In this document: positions 1 to 13,750 of the stretch, piece by piece | How positions within the stretch are numbered: the first letter of the stretch is position 1 | How the letters are laid out: the number at the start of each line of letters is the position of its first letter | NCBI RefSeq assembly: GCF_018350175.1 | Contig: NC_058368.1 | Location: forward strand, 178,066,001-178,130,000 | Reading direction: 5' to 3' | DNA length: 64,000 bases | Source: Felis catus | Lineage: Eukaryota | The notes under the pieces: generated by a model | Database searches by the model: none | What the model was told of the DNA's origin: nothing | The model's input: the letters and a program-made list of their open reading frames with translations, nothing else | Program-made: the position numbers and the translations under genes

Positions 1-602
1 AACAGTTTAAAATCCATATGTTAAACCAAAGACAAAATAAAAAGCAAAACAAAACATGTTATCGAGGCAGTCAAAATCACTAATTAATAATGGCTTTGCA
101 ATGCTCTGAAATGAACATTGCAGTTAATGTATAGGAAAGGTTTTTAAATCTACAAACTCTTATTTGTCCACAAGAGGGCAAAAAGACATAATTTCAAAAT
201 TTAAAGCCACTTACTCCAATATTAACATTCAGATTTATATTAAGTCTTCAGAAGGTAGATATAACTCCGAATTAATTACTTTAGTAATTTAAGAAGTACA
301 AGCAAGCAAAGAAATGCAGTACAACGGTGTAAAGCAGAAGCATAATAAGATATATACCTTCTATTCTTATTCACCTAAAAAAATGGAAAAAAATAAAAAA
401 AGGAAGAATACAGAAGTGTATCAGGAAAGCATCCATTTTTAAAAACTGTCCATTTCTACTATAAATGAGATCAAGGGAAGATGGATATGACAGTTCATGT
501 TTCTTCCAGAATCATAATCAAATCATGAGTTTATTACACACCTTTCAGCAGAAAAACTGTATTTCTATATACTAAGTATTAATTAAATTACTTCATAAAT
601 AC

Positions 603-722
603 CTGAGGGTTTTCAAGTATCCTTTTTACTCCCTTAATTAAATTACCAAGGTACTTGGCACGTTCAGGACTGCTAAATAAGGACCTTCTTGTAGAAGCAA
701 ACTGAACTAAACATGAAAGTGC
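603..722 (-). CDS. RANBP17: RANBP17 coding exon 9 ([40 protein letters not shown]); gene continues beyond the left edge
   Basis: 120 nt; acceptor atttttag|GCA, donor CAG|gtattt. Confidence 0.95.
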
Positions 723-1738
723 CTAAAAATAGGAACAACAAAATTCATTTCAATTTTAAAAGTAACTATGGCCACATGTAAGGAGCACGAGTCTTTACAT
801 AAAAAATATTTTTTAATTTTTGTGATACAAAAGGATTATAGGATCTAGGAACCCTGAAAGCTACACATCATCAATCACCATCACTACCCATAACCCTTTA
901 ACTCCACCACTAAAATTTCTATTTGTGTGTGTTCTCTTTTAATATACTGTCATATACGTATGCCAGAGCAACTTGGACATACTCAAAAGGCTCCCAGTTG
1001 CTTCTTATGCCCACCTCTGTTCATGAACCAATAAAACAGGTGTTCTACCAAAATTAAAATATGGTTTTGTGGTAGAGTATGTTTAAGAAATACTGTACAT
1101 TCTGTACTGTGGTATCCTGTAAGTGGGGGAACTTTACTTCAGTGTAACTTGGTGTAACTTTACTTAATCCAGCATATCCCAAATTTATTTGGTGATGGTA
1201 CATCTTACCCATACCATCCATTAATATCTTGAGACACAATTTGGAGAATACTGCTGGAAATATCAGATATTCTACAAAAATTCCAAAAAAATATCAACGG
1301 TCTAGTTATCTTCCAAAAGTTAATACTTTACCAGACGATTTTACTAATTGGGTTCTTAATTCTACTACTGAAAACCATTTGAAGCCTGTTTGATCTTTAA
1401 GTGAGTGGCCCAAAACTGGCAACTTTTCAGGCCAAACGGCCCTCATAAGTTTTGTTTTGGTCCACATACGTTTGTTTGCCCACTTTATAAAAAAAAAAAA
1501 AAAAAAATAGAATTAGTGGCTAAATATTTAAATATTTCAATTAAGAGACTTTACATAATGTCTGGCTCTCCTAACAAAGGTGAGAACATGGACAAGAATC
1601 AGAGGACGGCCTTTTTAGATGTTCTCTAGTTGGCCACAGTCCTTACTGTTTTAAACAAATAAAAAACCAAAAACTCCTCAGGCAATTTTGATGTGTAGAA
1701 GGTTTGGGAACCACTAGTGTATCAAAAATATCCAGGGT

Positions 1739-1921
1739 GGGGCTCCTGGGTTGTTCAGTCAGTTGAGTGTCCTACTCTTGTTTTCAGCTTAGGTCACAAT
1801 CTCACAGTCGTGGGATCAGGCCCTGCATTGGGCTCCATGTTGGGCATGGAGCCTACTTAAGATTCTCTCCCTTCCTCTCTCTCTCTGCCCCCCCCCCCAA
1901 AACAAAACAAAACAAAACAAT
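1739..1921 (+). mobile_element. Can-SINE
   Basis: tRNA-derived head, CT-rich body, (AAAAC)n tail; TSD-like AATATCCAGGGT/AATACTCAGGGT. Confidence 0.85.
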
Positions 1922-3171
1922 ACTCAGGGTCTGGGGGCCAAAAACACCTGGGTTTGAATCTCAGCTTCATTATTTAGTTTGCTGCCCTAAAGAAATTCCT
2001 TTAAGCCAGTATGGGTCTGTTTCCTTGTCAACATTGTGAGGATAATAACACTTACCCTGCAGGGCTGCTCTGAGGATGAGGTGAGATAAGCACCTTATAG
2101 TAGGTCATGCCCAATAAATGCTAGTTACTTTCTTTTAAAGCAGTTGTTCCCCACTTAATTTTTTAAGCACCAGTAGCTTGTTTGTTTTATTCCAAAACAT
2201 AATTATACATGAAACCATGGTTTTTAAACAACTAAAAACAAAACTATTCTGGTTAAAAGACAGAAGCCTGAAACTCTGTGGCACCATCTGGAAACATGAG
2301 TGTCCTGTGGAACCCAGTTTAAAAACCACAATCTTTAAACTCTAGATGGGAGAGCAGACAAGTTTAAAAAAAAAAAAAAAAAAAAAAGAGGCAGAGTATT
2401 TTTGTAAGTCTATTCCTCCCTTCTAGGCAGTAACAGATTTAAACAAATACACCACTGATTTGCACTTTAAGTCTGTAGTGTCTTTATTCATGAAATGGCA
2501 ATTTCAGAATCCCCCAACTTTACATCTATAAGCTTAGATATTGAACTGACAACTTTTTCCTTTTTTTTTTTTTTTTTTCAGTCTTGCCTGGTCTCTGTTG
2601 TAGATTCCACAAAGACAGGTTCACAGTCTCAAAGTTACTCTATAACCAAAGAGTTTTAAGATTTTTAAAGTACATGATAGAATTTAATTCAAAAAATAAA
2701 TGAACTGGAGTGATGGACACAAAATCACATGAGCAGATCCCCTTTGTTTCTCACAAACTGATGGGGGCTGCCTGGCAAGCCTAGGGCACGGACGGTTGAA
2801 GAAGAGTTAAGAGAGAGGGGAGGAACAGGGAAGGTAACAGATGGTATGGCCAACTACTGGACTGAGGCCCAGAAGAAGGGACGGGGACTGGGTAGAAAGT
2901 AAGGGACACTTAGAGGCTGACAGGTTTTCTTGGCTCTGGGCAGGAGCTAAATCAAGAGTCAGAGGTTCTGGGTTCACCCATCAAATGGACTGCACTGGTG
3001 ACTATACACAGAATTGGACAAACAGCTTAAGTAATATAAATCCCAGGAGACGTAAGAATTTCTTGAGAGGTAAACCCAATCAAGAATGTAAATTTTTACA
3101 ACAAATATATACTACCATTCGATAAAGATCATAGATACTTTTTAATGAAATAATGAGTGAGTTTTACTTAC

Positions 3172-3245
3172 TAATTGAGATAGTAGTGGTGGAAGTGAAT
3201 GATACAAATTGAAGAAAAGATCCAATGTTTCTGGTTCCAGGAAAA
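3172..3245 (-). CDS. RANBP17: RANBP17 coding exon 8 (-IFLEPETLDLFFNLYHSLPPLLSQL)
   Basis: 74 nt (166+74 restores frame); acceptor tttttcag|TT, donor TTA|gtaagt. Confidence 0.95.
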
Positions 3246-3479
3246 CTGAAAAAAAATTATTTTCTTATAGCGTTACTTCAATTCTTAACGTAATCAGTAA
3301 GACTTTATCACACAAATGAGAACTCCAAGACCTCTGCATGTGGCCACTCTTTCCAGTTAGGCTTAATACCTTTTTAATTCCTTTTAATTCCTAGCTATTT
3401 TCCTTTGAAAGATGAAATAATACAGAGATAGAAACCAATTAGCTAAAATGCTGCTTATTTTTATGAAGCATCTACAGTT

Positions 3480-5700
3480 CTTACTGGGAGAATCTTCTCA
3501 CTATTTTCATTTGTATTAAAGTAATATAAATGTTTAAAAACGCAAACAGTATCAAAAAGAATATTAAAAAGTGTATAATAAAAAACAGCTATACCTTACC
3601 CCATTCCAAGTACCTTTCAACTCTTATCTACACTTACATACATATTTCCAAATAACATGCTATATGAATATTTATTTGTTTTACTTAAACTATCAAATAA
3701 ATTCCTGTTACAACTGATGAGGCTTTAGCCCATACCACAATCTGTCCTCTCTCAACAACCATCCAGTATTATTAACTATTTGGGATTAAATCAATTCTAA
3801 GTGTTTACATTTATTATGGCTATATAATGTTAGCAACTGAGCCAAGGAGTACCCTATAATTATATTATATTTCTAACACTCTCTGGATTTAATCATAGCA
3901 TCTTTTCTGCGATTAGTTGTAGATCTGTCACTAATTCCTTCCAAATGCTCAACCGATTTGTAAAATGTTCTTTATGCTATTTTCCACATGATCAATAGCA
4001 TCAAATAACCTATAATTTCCATTCCCACCCCTACCCTACCTCCTAAAACCTTCAACTTGGGACTGGTTGTTTCTAAATTTGTTAAACAATTATCTTCTTT
4101 TTATGTCTGTTCATTGTCATCTTGTGTTAAAGCTCCTTTTTCATAAACCCCTTACCTTCCACATTCTTGGTTTGTATATCAAGTAACTTTCAGAGAGCAT
4201 ATACATAAGGGATAAATTCCAGGAGGATGTGCATGTCTGAAAATGTCTTAGTTCTACAATTCAGTCTAGTTTGAAAATTATTTCCCTTCAGAAGTCTGGG
4301 GAGATTACTCCATTGTCTTCTAGCTTCCAGTGCTAATAGTGAGGAGTCTGTTATCATTCTTAACCCCAATCCTTTGTAAGTAACTTATTTTTCATCTCTG
4401 TTAGATTTTAGGATCTTTTTATCATCATTATTCCCATATGATTATAATTGTGAAGCTTAGCATTTATTTTTTTCATTCATGATGATACGTACTTGATGGG
4501 ACCTGTCAATCTGAAAATTTATGTCTCAGTGCTGAGAACTTTTTTTGATATTATCTGTTTGCAAATTTTCTTCTGGGTTTTTTCCCCCCTATCCTCTTTC
4601 TTAAACTCCTAACAGATGCCAGGTCTCCTAGTTTCATGATCTAATATTCTTGTATTTTTCTCTTCTCGTATCAAATCTCTGTTTTCTTTTTTGCTCTACT
4701 TTCTGCGATATTTCCTTAACTTTACCTTCCAACTCTTCTACTAAATGTTTTATTTTGGCAGCTGTCTTTTATACTTGGGACATTTTCTGAACTTGCCTTT
4801 TTAAAACAATATCCTATTTTTGTTTCAGGGATGTGTTCCCTTTTCTTCTCTCCCTGGGGATATTAACTATACTTTTCTGAAGTTCACTCTTACTCTTTAC
4901 TTTGTTTCTACTAAACTCTCCTTTTGAAAAAAATAACAAAAACTTTTTGGGGTAATTATAGATGCATCTGCATTTGCAAGAAACAATACAGAGAGACTCC
5001 ATGAGCACTTTATTCAGCTTCCTCCAAAGGCAAGTTCTTGCAAAACTACAGTACAGTATTACAATCAGGAAATCACATTGATACAATTCATCAATCTTAT
5101 TCATATTTCCCATTTTTACATGTACTCATGTATATATATATGGGTGTGTGTGTGTGTGTGTGTGTGTGTGTAGTCTGTGCAATTTTATTACATTTGTTAG
5201 TTCATGTATTCACCATGATACCAAGAATACCAGGTCTCTTCTAAGTGTTTGTTTTGATTAAAACAGTTCAAAACAGAACTTCCATATTACAAGTTTTCAC
5301 AAAATCTGTAGTGTTTCTCTACTGTATCTAAATCCCTGAATATCCAGTTTAATTTCTCAAGGAAAAAAGGTCTGCTCTTGCGAGATAAGAGGGAAGTACA
5401 CACGGGAAGAAAAGGGAAAAGGTGGTCACCTCATTGCACAGGTGGTAGAGAAGATCCTGGGGACTTTGTGCAGAATACAGACTTTTTACCAAGCCCTTTC
5501 AGCCCTGTTCTTCACTTCTGACTTCAGGAATACCCTAGTGCCATCATCTTTCTACAATGTGTGAGGGCAGATCACCTTGCTTTTTCTTGGTATCCTTCTC
5601 TGTAAGAGAGGAAGTTGCAATTCTGCTCTGCTAAGTCAGTTACTCTAATTTCATTCTCTTCCTAACACTGAAAACTATGTTTTCTCTTGCCGAGTGTTAT
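3480..5700 (-). mobile_element. Ancient HAL1/L1ME-like fragments in intron 7
   Basis: CTCCATTGTCTTCTAGCTTCCAGTG...GAGGAGTCTG resembles the reverse-strand ORF1 C-terminus; nested L1MC-like piece at ~4945-5220. Confidence 0.5.
5144..5171. repeat. (GT)n microsatellite
   Basis: Read directly. Confidence 0.95.
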
Positions 5701-6003
5701 AGCCTTTCCCACTTTATCTGAACATTTCAAAACAGAACTCTTCATTTTCCTTCCCAAACCTGTTTCCCCCTAACTCTAGAACTATCTTTCCTATTTTCCA
5801 ATATCAAAATATGGAAATTCCTTTAATATGAATTAGGGAAAACAGATTTCACTGCTGGGTATCAGCAGCTATCTTGTGTTACAAATCTTTCTGAATTTTT
5901 TGATTGTCTAACAAAAACTAGAGATAACTGCACATGTGGCAACTCTACTTCTTAATTCTGTGCCTTTTACTCTGCCATGCCTCACACTAAACTTTCTTCT
6001 TAC

Positions 6004-6169
6004 TTGTTCTCCAGGTTGTTGGAATCTGCACTGTGCAAAGATCATCGGCAGATTCGTCTGCTGAACTGCCAATGAAGTCAAAGTTAAGGCAGTTGAGGAC
6101 CAGTTTCAAGACCTGCATTACTAGATTTTGTTGACCTTGATCCTGAAGATTTAAAGGTTTGGCCAACAC
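6004..6169 (-). CDS. RANBP17: RANBP17 coding exon 7 ([55 protein letters not shown])
   Basis: 166 nt; acceptor ttttttcag|GTG, donor ACAA|gtaaga; ORF 5987..6214. Confidence 0.96.
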
Positions 6170-6949
6170 CTGAAAAAAGTTGAAAGTCAAGTAAAACATT
6201 AGGAAACATGTCAATAAACAAATTCTCAGTTCACTAATGTAAATAACTCTTCAATGCCAAATTAGAATTAGGAAAAAAAGTTTGCAAAGTTATGTTGTTG
6301 TATATATTAGAAAAAGTTGTAAAATCACTATCAACAAAAATCTACAATAGACTATTTTCAGGTTTTATTTTCTCAAATGAGAATAAGACTTTTTACACTT
6401 AACTGCAAACTGTAGGTCATCTTCTAAAGTTATAAAAAGTAACTCGAGGACAAATACTTTACACAGCACAAATGTATAAATCTATGGGATTTATTAGCTC
6501 AAAGGTTGCTTAGAACAGCTGAAAATATACTATTCTTCAAGTGGGGGAACTTCACATATAAATGATCCACATTCAGCTAACAAAGGTTGTCAAGCTGTCT
6601 GAATGAAAGACACTCAACAAACTTCTGGAGAATAATCCTGACCATACCCCACTTCCTGAACCCCCAACCCCAAATATCCATTCTGACACAACCAGAATAG
6701 ATGTATCTACTAAACACACACTGTGAAATATTTGTGGAGGAAGTGATATGAAGGTTAGGATTCTGCTTAAAGAATAACACACAAAAAAGGAAAGTTGTTA
6801 GAAAAGTACAGAGATGAAACAAGACTAGTCATGAGTTGTTACTGCTTCATTGGTTGATTGGTCCAAGGGAGTTCATAATACTCTTCCACTTTCTTTTGTA
6901 TATGTTAAAATTTTCCATAAAAAAAATTTTTTTTAAATAATAGAAGGTC

Positions 6950-7148
6950 GGGGAGCATGGATGGCTCAGTGGGTTGAGACTTCAGCTCAGGTCATGATCT
7001 CATGGTTTGTGAGTTCGAGCCCCACATTAGCTTGAGCTGTCAGTACACAGTCCCTTCAGCTCCTCTGTCCCCCTTGTTCTCTGCCCCTCCCCCACTCATG
7101 CTTTCTCTCTCTAAAATAAATAAACATTTTTAAAAATTTAATTGAAAA
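6950..7148 (+). mobile_element. Can-SINE
   Basis: GGCTCAG...GGTCATGATCTC...GTTCGAGCCCC, CT tract, AATAAA/A tail; TSD-like AATAATAGAAGGTC/AATAATAAAGGGTC. Confidence 0.9.
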
Positions 7149-7830
7149 AATAATAAAGGGTCTTTCCATCCGGCTAACTCCAGAAGTTATCATGTTACTA
7201 TACCACAGAACTGAAATAATTAGCAACTGCTGCTAACTGGAACATACTTTGGGAAATGCTATACAACACCAATTAAAAAGCTTGAATAGCATGGTGGAAT
7301 CCCTATATTATAAGCAAACACAATGTAATTATGAATTGTACTATCCCTAATGCTCAAACAGGGCACCAAGTAGCAAATGGGAAAAATATTATTTCCCAAA
7401 GAAATTATTAAAGTTAACTGTCTTGGCTCACCTATGAATAAATATCAATAGTTGATGAATTAGGAAAACTTACTCTCATTTCATTGTTCATCTGCATCCC
7501 ATTAAAATACAAGCAACTAAAATAAACTAAGTCTCAATCAGCTTCTGCAATAAATACTCTATTAGTAGGAAGGCAATGAAACTACTACCTAAAGATGGGT
7601 TACTAAATTCCCTTTGGATTTTGTTTTATTATATCCCTATTAAATAAAAGTGAATTTTTGGAAACCTCTTAGAGATCTGTAGAAATCTACTATACTGAAA
7701 TTAAGATTGTTCACAGCAACTCTTCCAAAGACAGAATGGGGGTTGGGGAAGGGGGATTCATTTGAAATTCTTTTGGAACTTAAATCTCCTAAATACCCTA
7801 AGTAGGATATTGAATTATTGAATAACTTAC

Positions 7831-7935
7831 CTCTTTTAAAAGAGAGCATGCTAGCACTAAAATGTCTTTGAGAGAAGTGTCACGAAATGAGGTAGCTATT
7901 TTTCTGTGTTTTGCTGAAGGTCTAGAATAATCAAC
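7831..7935 (-). CDS. RANBP17: RANBP17 coding exon 6 (VDYSRPSAKHRKIATSFRDTSLKDILVLACSLLKE)
   Basis: 105 nt; acceptor ctttttag|GTT, donor GAG|gtaagt; HRKIAxSFRD motif of the XPO7/RANBP17 family. Confidence 0.96.
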
Positions 7936-8241
7936 CTAAAAAGATCAAGATGATTTAATCAGACTTACCAAACAGCAAAGCAAAACTTTACAAGAAAAGG
8001 AATGGAAATAATGATTAAAGAAGCATACAGAGTTAAAAGAGCTTTTAAGAACCTACTGAGATAAGTGCCTTGCCTAACATTACTCAAAAAGTTCATGGCA
8101 GACCCACAGTTAGAACCCAAGTTTCTGGACTGTTTCAATTCCGTGCTCTTTCTACAAACCCTACCAATCCCCAAATTAAAAACCAGAACTGACCATACTT
8201 TCAGAGGCAATATGAACACAGATTATTAAAAAACAGGTAGT

Positions 8242-8457
8242 GGGGCATCTGGGTGGCTCAGTCTGTTGAATGTCCAACTTCAGCTCAGGTCATGATCTCG
8301 TAGTTCATGGGTTCGAGCCCCTTGTCTAGGTCTGTGCTGACAGCTCAGAGCTTGGAGTCTGCTTCGGATTCTGTGTCTCCCTCTCTCTCTGCCCCTTCCC
8401 CACTCACGCCCGGTCTTGTCTCTCTCTCAAAAATAAAACATAAAAATTTTTTTAAAT
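8242..8457 (+). mobile_element. Can-SINE (felid Fc2-like)
   Basis: GGGGCATCTGGGTGGCTCAG...GCTGACAGCTCAGAGC...CT tract and A tail. Confidence 0.9.
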
Positions 8458-8668
8458 AACAGATACCATGACTATCAACTCCTGAACCATGTACCATTTC
8501 ACAAGAGGCGAGTAACAACTTCCCTATTCCTCAGATTCCATATGTAAAATGACAAATCTCTAAAATAATCTTCATATTCTAACTTTCTGTGATTCAGTTA
8601 ACAATCATAGAAAAATTCTTCATACAAAAATAGTATTATCCTTGGTGTTTTATAAAGAAACCAAGGCA

Positions 8669-8891
8669 GGGGTGCCTGGGTGGCTCAGTTAAGCATCTGA
8701 CTTCCACTCTGGTCATGATCTCATGGTTTGTGAGTTAGACCCCGCATCGGGCTCTGTGCTGACAAATCAGAGCCTGGAGCCTGCTTCCGATTCTGTATCT
8801 CCCTCTCTTTCTGCCCCTGCCCCACTCATACTCTGTCTGTCTCTCCTTAAAAAATAAATAAACATTAAAAAAATGTTAATAAAAAAATAAA
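8669..8891 (+). mobile_element. Can-SINE (felid Fc2-like)
   Basis: GGGGTGCCTGGGTGGCTCAG...AGAGCCTGGAGCCTGCTTC...A tail. Confidence 0.9.
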
Positions 8892-10234
8892 TATATGGTC
8901 AAAACTATACTATTTAATGCCATTAAATCTTCCATTTATCAAGAGCAAACAGCAAACAAAGTTGAAGTCTGATACCCACGTGATCATTAACACCATGGGG
9001 CTACAGTCATTATAGCGTTCCTTTTGCTATGTGATAGAAGAAAATAAACCATTTTCTTTTACTAATGCTTATAGATTTAAAAAAAAAAAAAGCAGTGATC
9101 TCAAAACTGATTATCTGATACTTGCTAAGCTCCATCATACAATTTAGGCTATACTTAAATGCCACATTTACTTACAGAAACATGAAACATAACAGAAGTA
9201 CAAAATGATTCCAGAAAATAGCTATTGGAATCTGTAATCAATATGCAAGATTCAAATTATCATTTCCAGCATTATTCCCCTCTTTTCAATCAAATTTCAA
9301 TCAGTTTGTCTCTCCTAAAATATTTCCCTCAATATAAAAAACCCTTTCATTAATACAAATTAATAGTAGCATACAGTATTGTAATTTGTGAAGTCCTCTT
9401 CACGTATTATTTCACTTAATTCTCAAACTAACCTGTGAAATATGTATTATCCTCTGTTTACACATGAAAATTAAAGTTTATAGGCACATTGTCTTAGACC
9501 AACCTCTCATTACCACTGTATCTGTAACAGGAACAGAACGACCTTGGGTTTATAGAGCACTTGTATTTACCAGGCCGTAGAGCGAGAAGTTTATCTAATC
9601 TTAACAAGATCCATGGAAGGTGTCATTCTCACTTTCCAGATAGTGATATATATATATATATATGTAAGCTCAAAGATGTTCAGAAATTTGTCCAAAGTAG
9701 TAAGCAACAGAGCTAAAACACAAATCCAGTCTTATTTCAATTATCTTCAAGGCCTATAAGCTTATTTTATTTGGGTTAATCATGTAGATATCCATTTTTT
9801 TGAGAAGAGGGATTGTACATCTATTTTCTACCATCTATGCCTCTACAATGTAGGCAAAGGATATTTTACTTCTTGTTCAATAACCTCCAGGAACAGTAGG
9901 AACAGTAGACTGGCTTCTAAAAACACAAGACAGTATATAATCCTCTTTTAGGAAACCTCAAGTTTAGATGTTTTTCTTTAAAAATTCCATCTTGTTATTA
10001 ACACTATGAATTTACCTGGCTCACATTTAACAATGATAACATTGACTTAATTCATGCATCGCAGATCTCCCTGTTGCCTAATTCAGAAGTACTGTACCTA
10101 CCAAATGCTCGCTGAAATGATAAATGCCATAAAATTAGGCTAAGTAAAATGTGTCCACAAAAGCCATATATTTTCCACAATACAAAGCCCAAATCACACT
10201 TCAGACCTTGAAGCTTTTTTCAAAAGGCACTTGG

Positions 10235-11100
10235 TTCTATACAAGATAAGCCTGGAACATCTTGTGCCAGAAAGTAAGGAAATATTCAAAAATGGTGAGT
10301 AAATGTCATTAGACATAGAAGCTAGCTTGAAAGGGTTCCTCCTGGCCAAATCTGGCAAAATTTGAGCATCAAACTATAATGTTAGTAACAAATTATAACC
10401 TATTACATAAAATAGGAAACCAAGAATCCATACTGATATAAATAAGTGAATAAATTAAAAGTCTGGGGAGGAATGGGTATTTTCAGAGTCTTAAAATACT
10501 TATTATTTACAAAGAACAAAAATAAACCTACAATTGGAAAAGCCTAGTAGAAACCATCTTAATCCAGTAACCAAAGTAAACATCATTAGTAATGTAACAA
10601 ATCAAATCATGTGCTTCCTGACTGGAGGCAATAAGAAGATCACACACTATCATTTCTGTGATATTCCTGACCAATATGCATAATCTGAATCTAATAATAA
10701 AGAAACATCAGGCAATCCCGAATTGAGGGACATTTCACAAAACAACTGGTCTGTAATTTTCACAAGTGTCAAGGTCATGAAAGTGAGGGAAAAAGTGAGG
10801 AATTTTTCCAGACTGATGAGGAACATGTCAAACAATAAGACGCACGATCTCAAACTGGTTCCTTTCTTGGACAAATGGTGAAATTCAAATAGAATACGAG
10901 GATGATAGTAATATGCCAGTGTTAGCTTTCTGATTTTCATGGTCCTATTATAATTACATAGGAGAATGTCCTTGTATTTAGGAAATACAGTCAAGTATTC
11001 AGGGATCACGTTGGAAACTTAGCATCAAATGGCTGAGAAAAAAATTCTCTGTATTATACTCACAATTCTTCTGTAAGTTTGAGATAATTAAAAAAAAAAA
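10235..11100 (+). mobile_element. Old L1 3' UTR (L1MC4-like)
   Basis: ACAAGATAAGCCTGGAACATCTTGTGCCAGAAAGTAAGG...GTCAAGGTCATGAAAG..., ending in an A tail. Confidence 0.65.
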
Positions 11101-12460
11101 ACAACTTGGTTGCTCTTTGAATCACACTTTTATTAGAATTCTATATCACCCAGACTTGTCTCAGTAATCATCTAAACACCGTAAACCCTTACTACAAGAG
11201 CAGTCTGTAGCCCTATCATGCTATGAAGTAGGAAATGAAAAAAAAAAATTCTGGTTTTAAGATTAGCAAAAAGCTGATGGTTGTGTAAGCTACATGACGC
11301 GTACATGGGGTTGTTGTACTATTCTCTACATTCTTATGAGATAAAATATTCATACTAAAATTATTTTTAAATGTATTTTTAAAAAAGAAAGCTACAGTTC
11401 TTTAGACATATTTATAGAGCCTAATAGGATTAGCCAAAGTCCTTGTCATAACATCCCTGTTAACACAATAACTCGTTCCAGGTACTATTGTTATCTGCCC
11501 TGGAGATACATATATAGCTACCAGCACACATCCGTTAAGGCGAGAAATCTTTACATACACTAGGGCAGAGGAGTCAAGGAGTAAGTTCTGTGATAAACAA
11601 AGAGAGCACTTTAAATTTAAGATATCCATCCAGTAAAACTAGAAACACTTTCTAATTCTGGACTGAAGTTGAAAATAGTTATTTTGGGTGATTTTTTTTT
11701 TTTTATGCACAGGAACTATATGAACACTCCAAAGAGAGTTGGCAAGTCGTCCTGGATATGTAAGCTTTTCCTATTTATACACATACACACACTCACACAC
11801 ACATGCATATACACAAACACAGACTGTTCAACATGACAACAGTTTTAAAATACAAATACTACCTTCATTCCCCCTTATTTTGACATTATCCCACAAAGAA
11901 CCCAACTTCTGCTTTTGTTCTGTTTAGAACTAAGTACAAAAGTGAACAGAAACAGGTGACGATGTACTCAGCTGCTGAGCTCATAAAGGCACTGTTGGGG
12001 GGAGGCATAGCTTCTGCAAACTCTCCTTGGTACAGGGTGAAAATCCATGCTAGCGGGTGGCAAAGTGCCAAGAGGCCTATTCTTTGAGGAGTCCTACTGT
12101 GTACTCATTGTCAAGAATCAATTCACCAAACTATCTTTTATTTGTAAGCAAATAAGGGCCTGTTTCTCTTTATACAATTTATTTCTTATGGTTAGTATAT
12201 TATTATATACAGAGGCTACAAGGACAATTCACCAACTGCCATGGAGCAAGGACCGTGTCTAATTCCCTTTTCTTTGCAGTACTTTACACTATGGCTGTTA
12301 CTTTCAATAACAATAAACATGTTCCAATACCCAATTATCCCACCAATAAAATAAATAAAAGAAAGACCATTCTTCAGAGTTTTATGCCACACAAACATTT
12401 TATATGAAAGCACCAGCATTACTTAGCAAATTTCATGTCACTATTAGATGGAAGGCTTAC

Positions 12461-12526
12461 CAGGTTCATTTCCTGAGTCAGCTCTGAAAGGATAATTACT
12501 CCTATTATGCAGTGCTCCACAGTACC
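12461..12526 (-). CDS. RANBP17: RANBP17 coding exon 5 (GTVEHCIIGVIILSELTQEMNL)
   Basis: 66 nt; acceptor ttctccatag|GGT, donor CTG|gtaagc. Confidence 0.95.
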
Positions 12527-13475
12527 CTATGGAGAAAAATAACCAAGTGTACCCTAAGTAACTGTAAACAAATAATTAAACACTGAAATATCACATTTTT
12601 TCTTAATAATATATCTATTAAAATATGTAGAAAAATTGCTATGAGGTTCACAAAAATAATTTCAGGTTCATTTTTTCAAGGATAAATTTAGGTATACAGA
12701 GTTGATTAAGGAAGAATGTTCACCCACCTTAGAACTGTACAATACTCTACAAAATGTTTTCAGCATCTAGGACTTATATTAAACTAAACCTTAAAATATA
12801 AGACTTTAGCTTAATACTTTCCATAAGACTGTGAATGAGCATGAACAAAAAATGTTTTTTAGTTCTATAAATTTGCTTAAAGGCTACTGAGATAGCTGCA
12901 CTCAATATATAATTAATAAATAGCTTAGGAATTAATTTAAATCCCTCAATCTAATATCAGATAAGATCACTTAGGCCCTTTTCATATTATTTAACAGTGC
13001 ATGTGTATGCATTTATTATATCTATAATGAAGGCATCTAAAGTGCCCAATGCACTGGGGTAAATACATGACTATCAATATGGAATACAGTTTCATAGCCT
13101 CTATAAAGGTTTTAATTTAATCAGCTTCCGTTTTAAGCTCAAAAACTTCCTTCAAATCAAAATTCAGATTCTACATGCACCATTACTAACAAATCACCTT
13201 ATTGTAAAATCACACGAGAAGCATAAACGTAAAAAGTGTAACATCTAATTATAGGGTAATCATAAAAAAGCATTACCACAGATGACAAATTTTTCAAGTC
13301 TTAGTTTTACAGTTGGCCATTCCTTCTATTTATTATCTCAGGATAAAAAAACAAAAGAAACATCCCATAATTGTTGCATTTTAATTCTTTACGGTCCTTC
13401 ACGACAATCTGCACCTTTTGAACTGAATCACAGATTTCCCGTCAGCGAATCGTCCATCTTCTGTGTACACCAGGT

Positions 13476-13750
13476 CAACGCTCCTCAAAGTGCTGTTCCC
13501 TGACCACCAGCTGGTCGTCTGCAAATTCCATTCTAATCCGAGAATGGCTAGGTACTGGTTCATGACCAGATAAAAGAGTTTGCACAAGAATATAAAACAG
13601 CTAAGTACCTAATAAGTACACTGCTTAGTTTAGTTGGCATATTTTTCATAGCAAGTCTTTCTCAGTGAAGGAGGTATCATGTTGATTTACATTCTGCTCC
13701 TTATCTTGTGAATCAGCAGTGTGAACAGACTGCCACAGAGGACAGTAGGC
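13476..13750. mobile_element. hAT-Charlie MITE, MER119/Charlie7-like
   Basis: Begins CAACGCTCCTCAAAGTG. Has imperfect internal inverted repeats AGATAAAAGAGTTTGCACAAGAATATAAAAC / GTTGATTTACATTCTGCTCCTTATCT and a core TTTTTCATAGCAAGTCTTTCTCAGTGAAGGA resembling the MER119 consensus as recalled. Confidence 0.65.

Noticed and set aside
11886..12262. Short ORFs and a GC-richer patch in intron 5
   Set aside because: No convincing splice sites and no recognisable homology.
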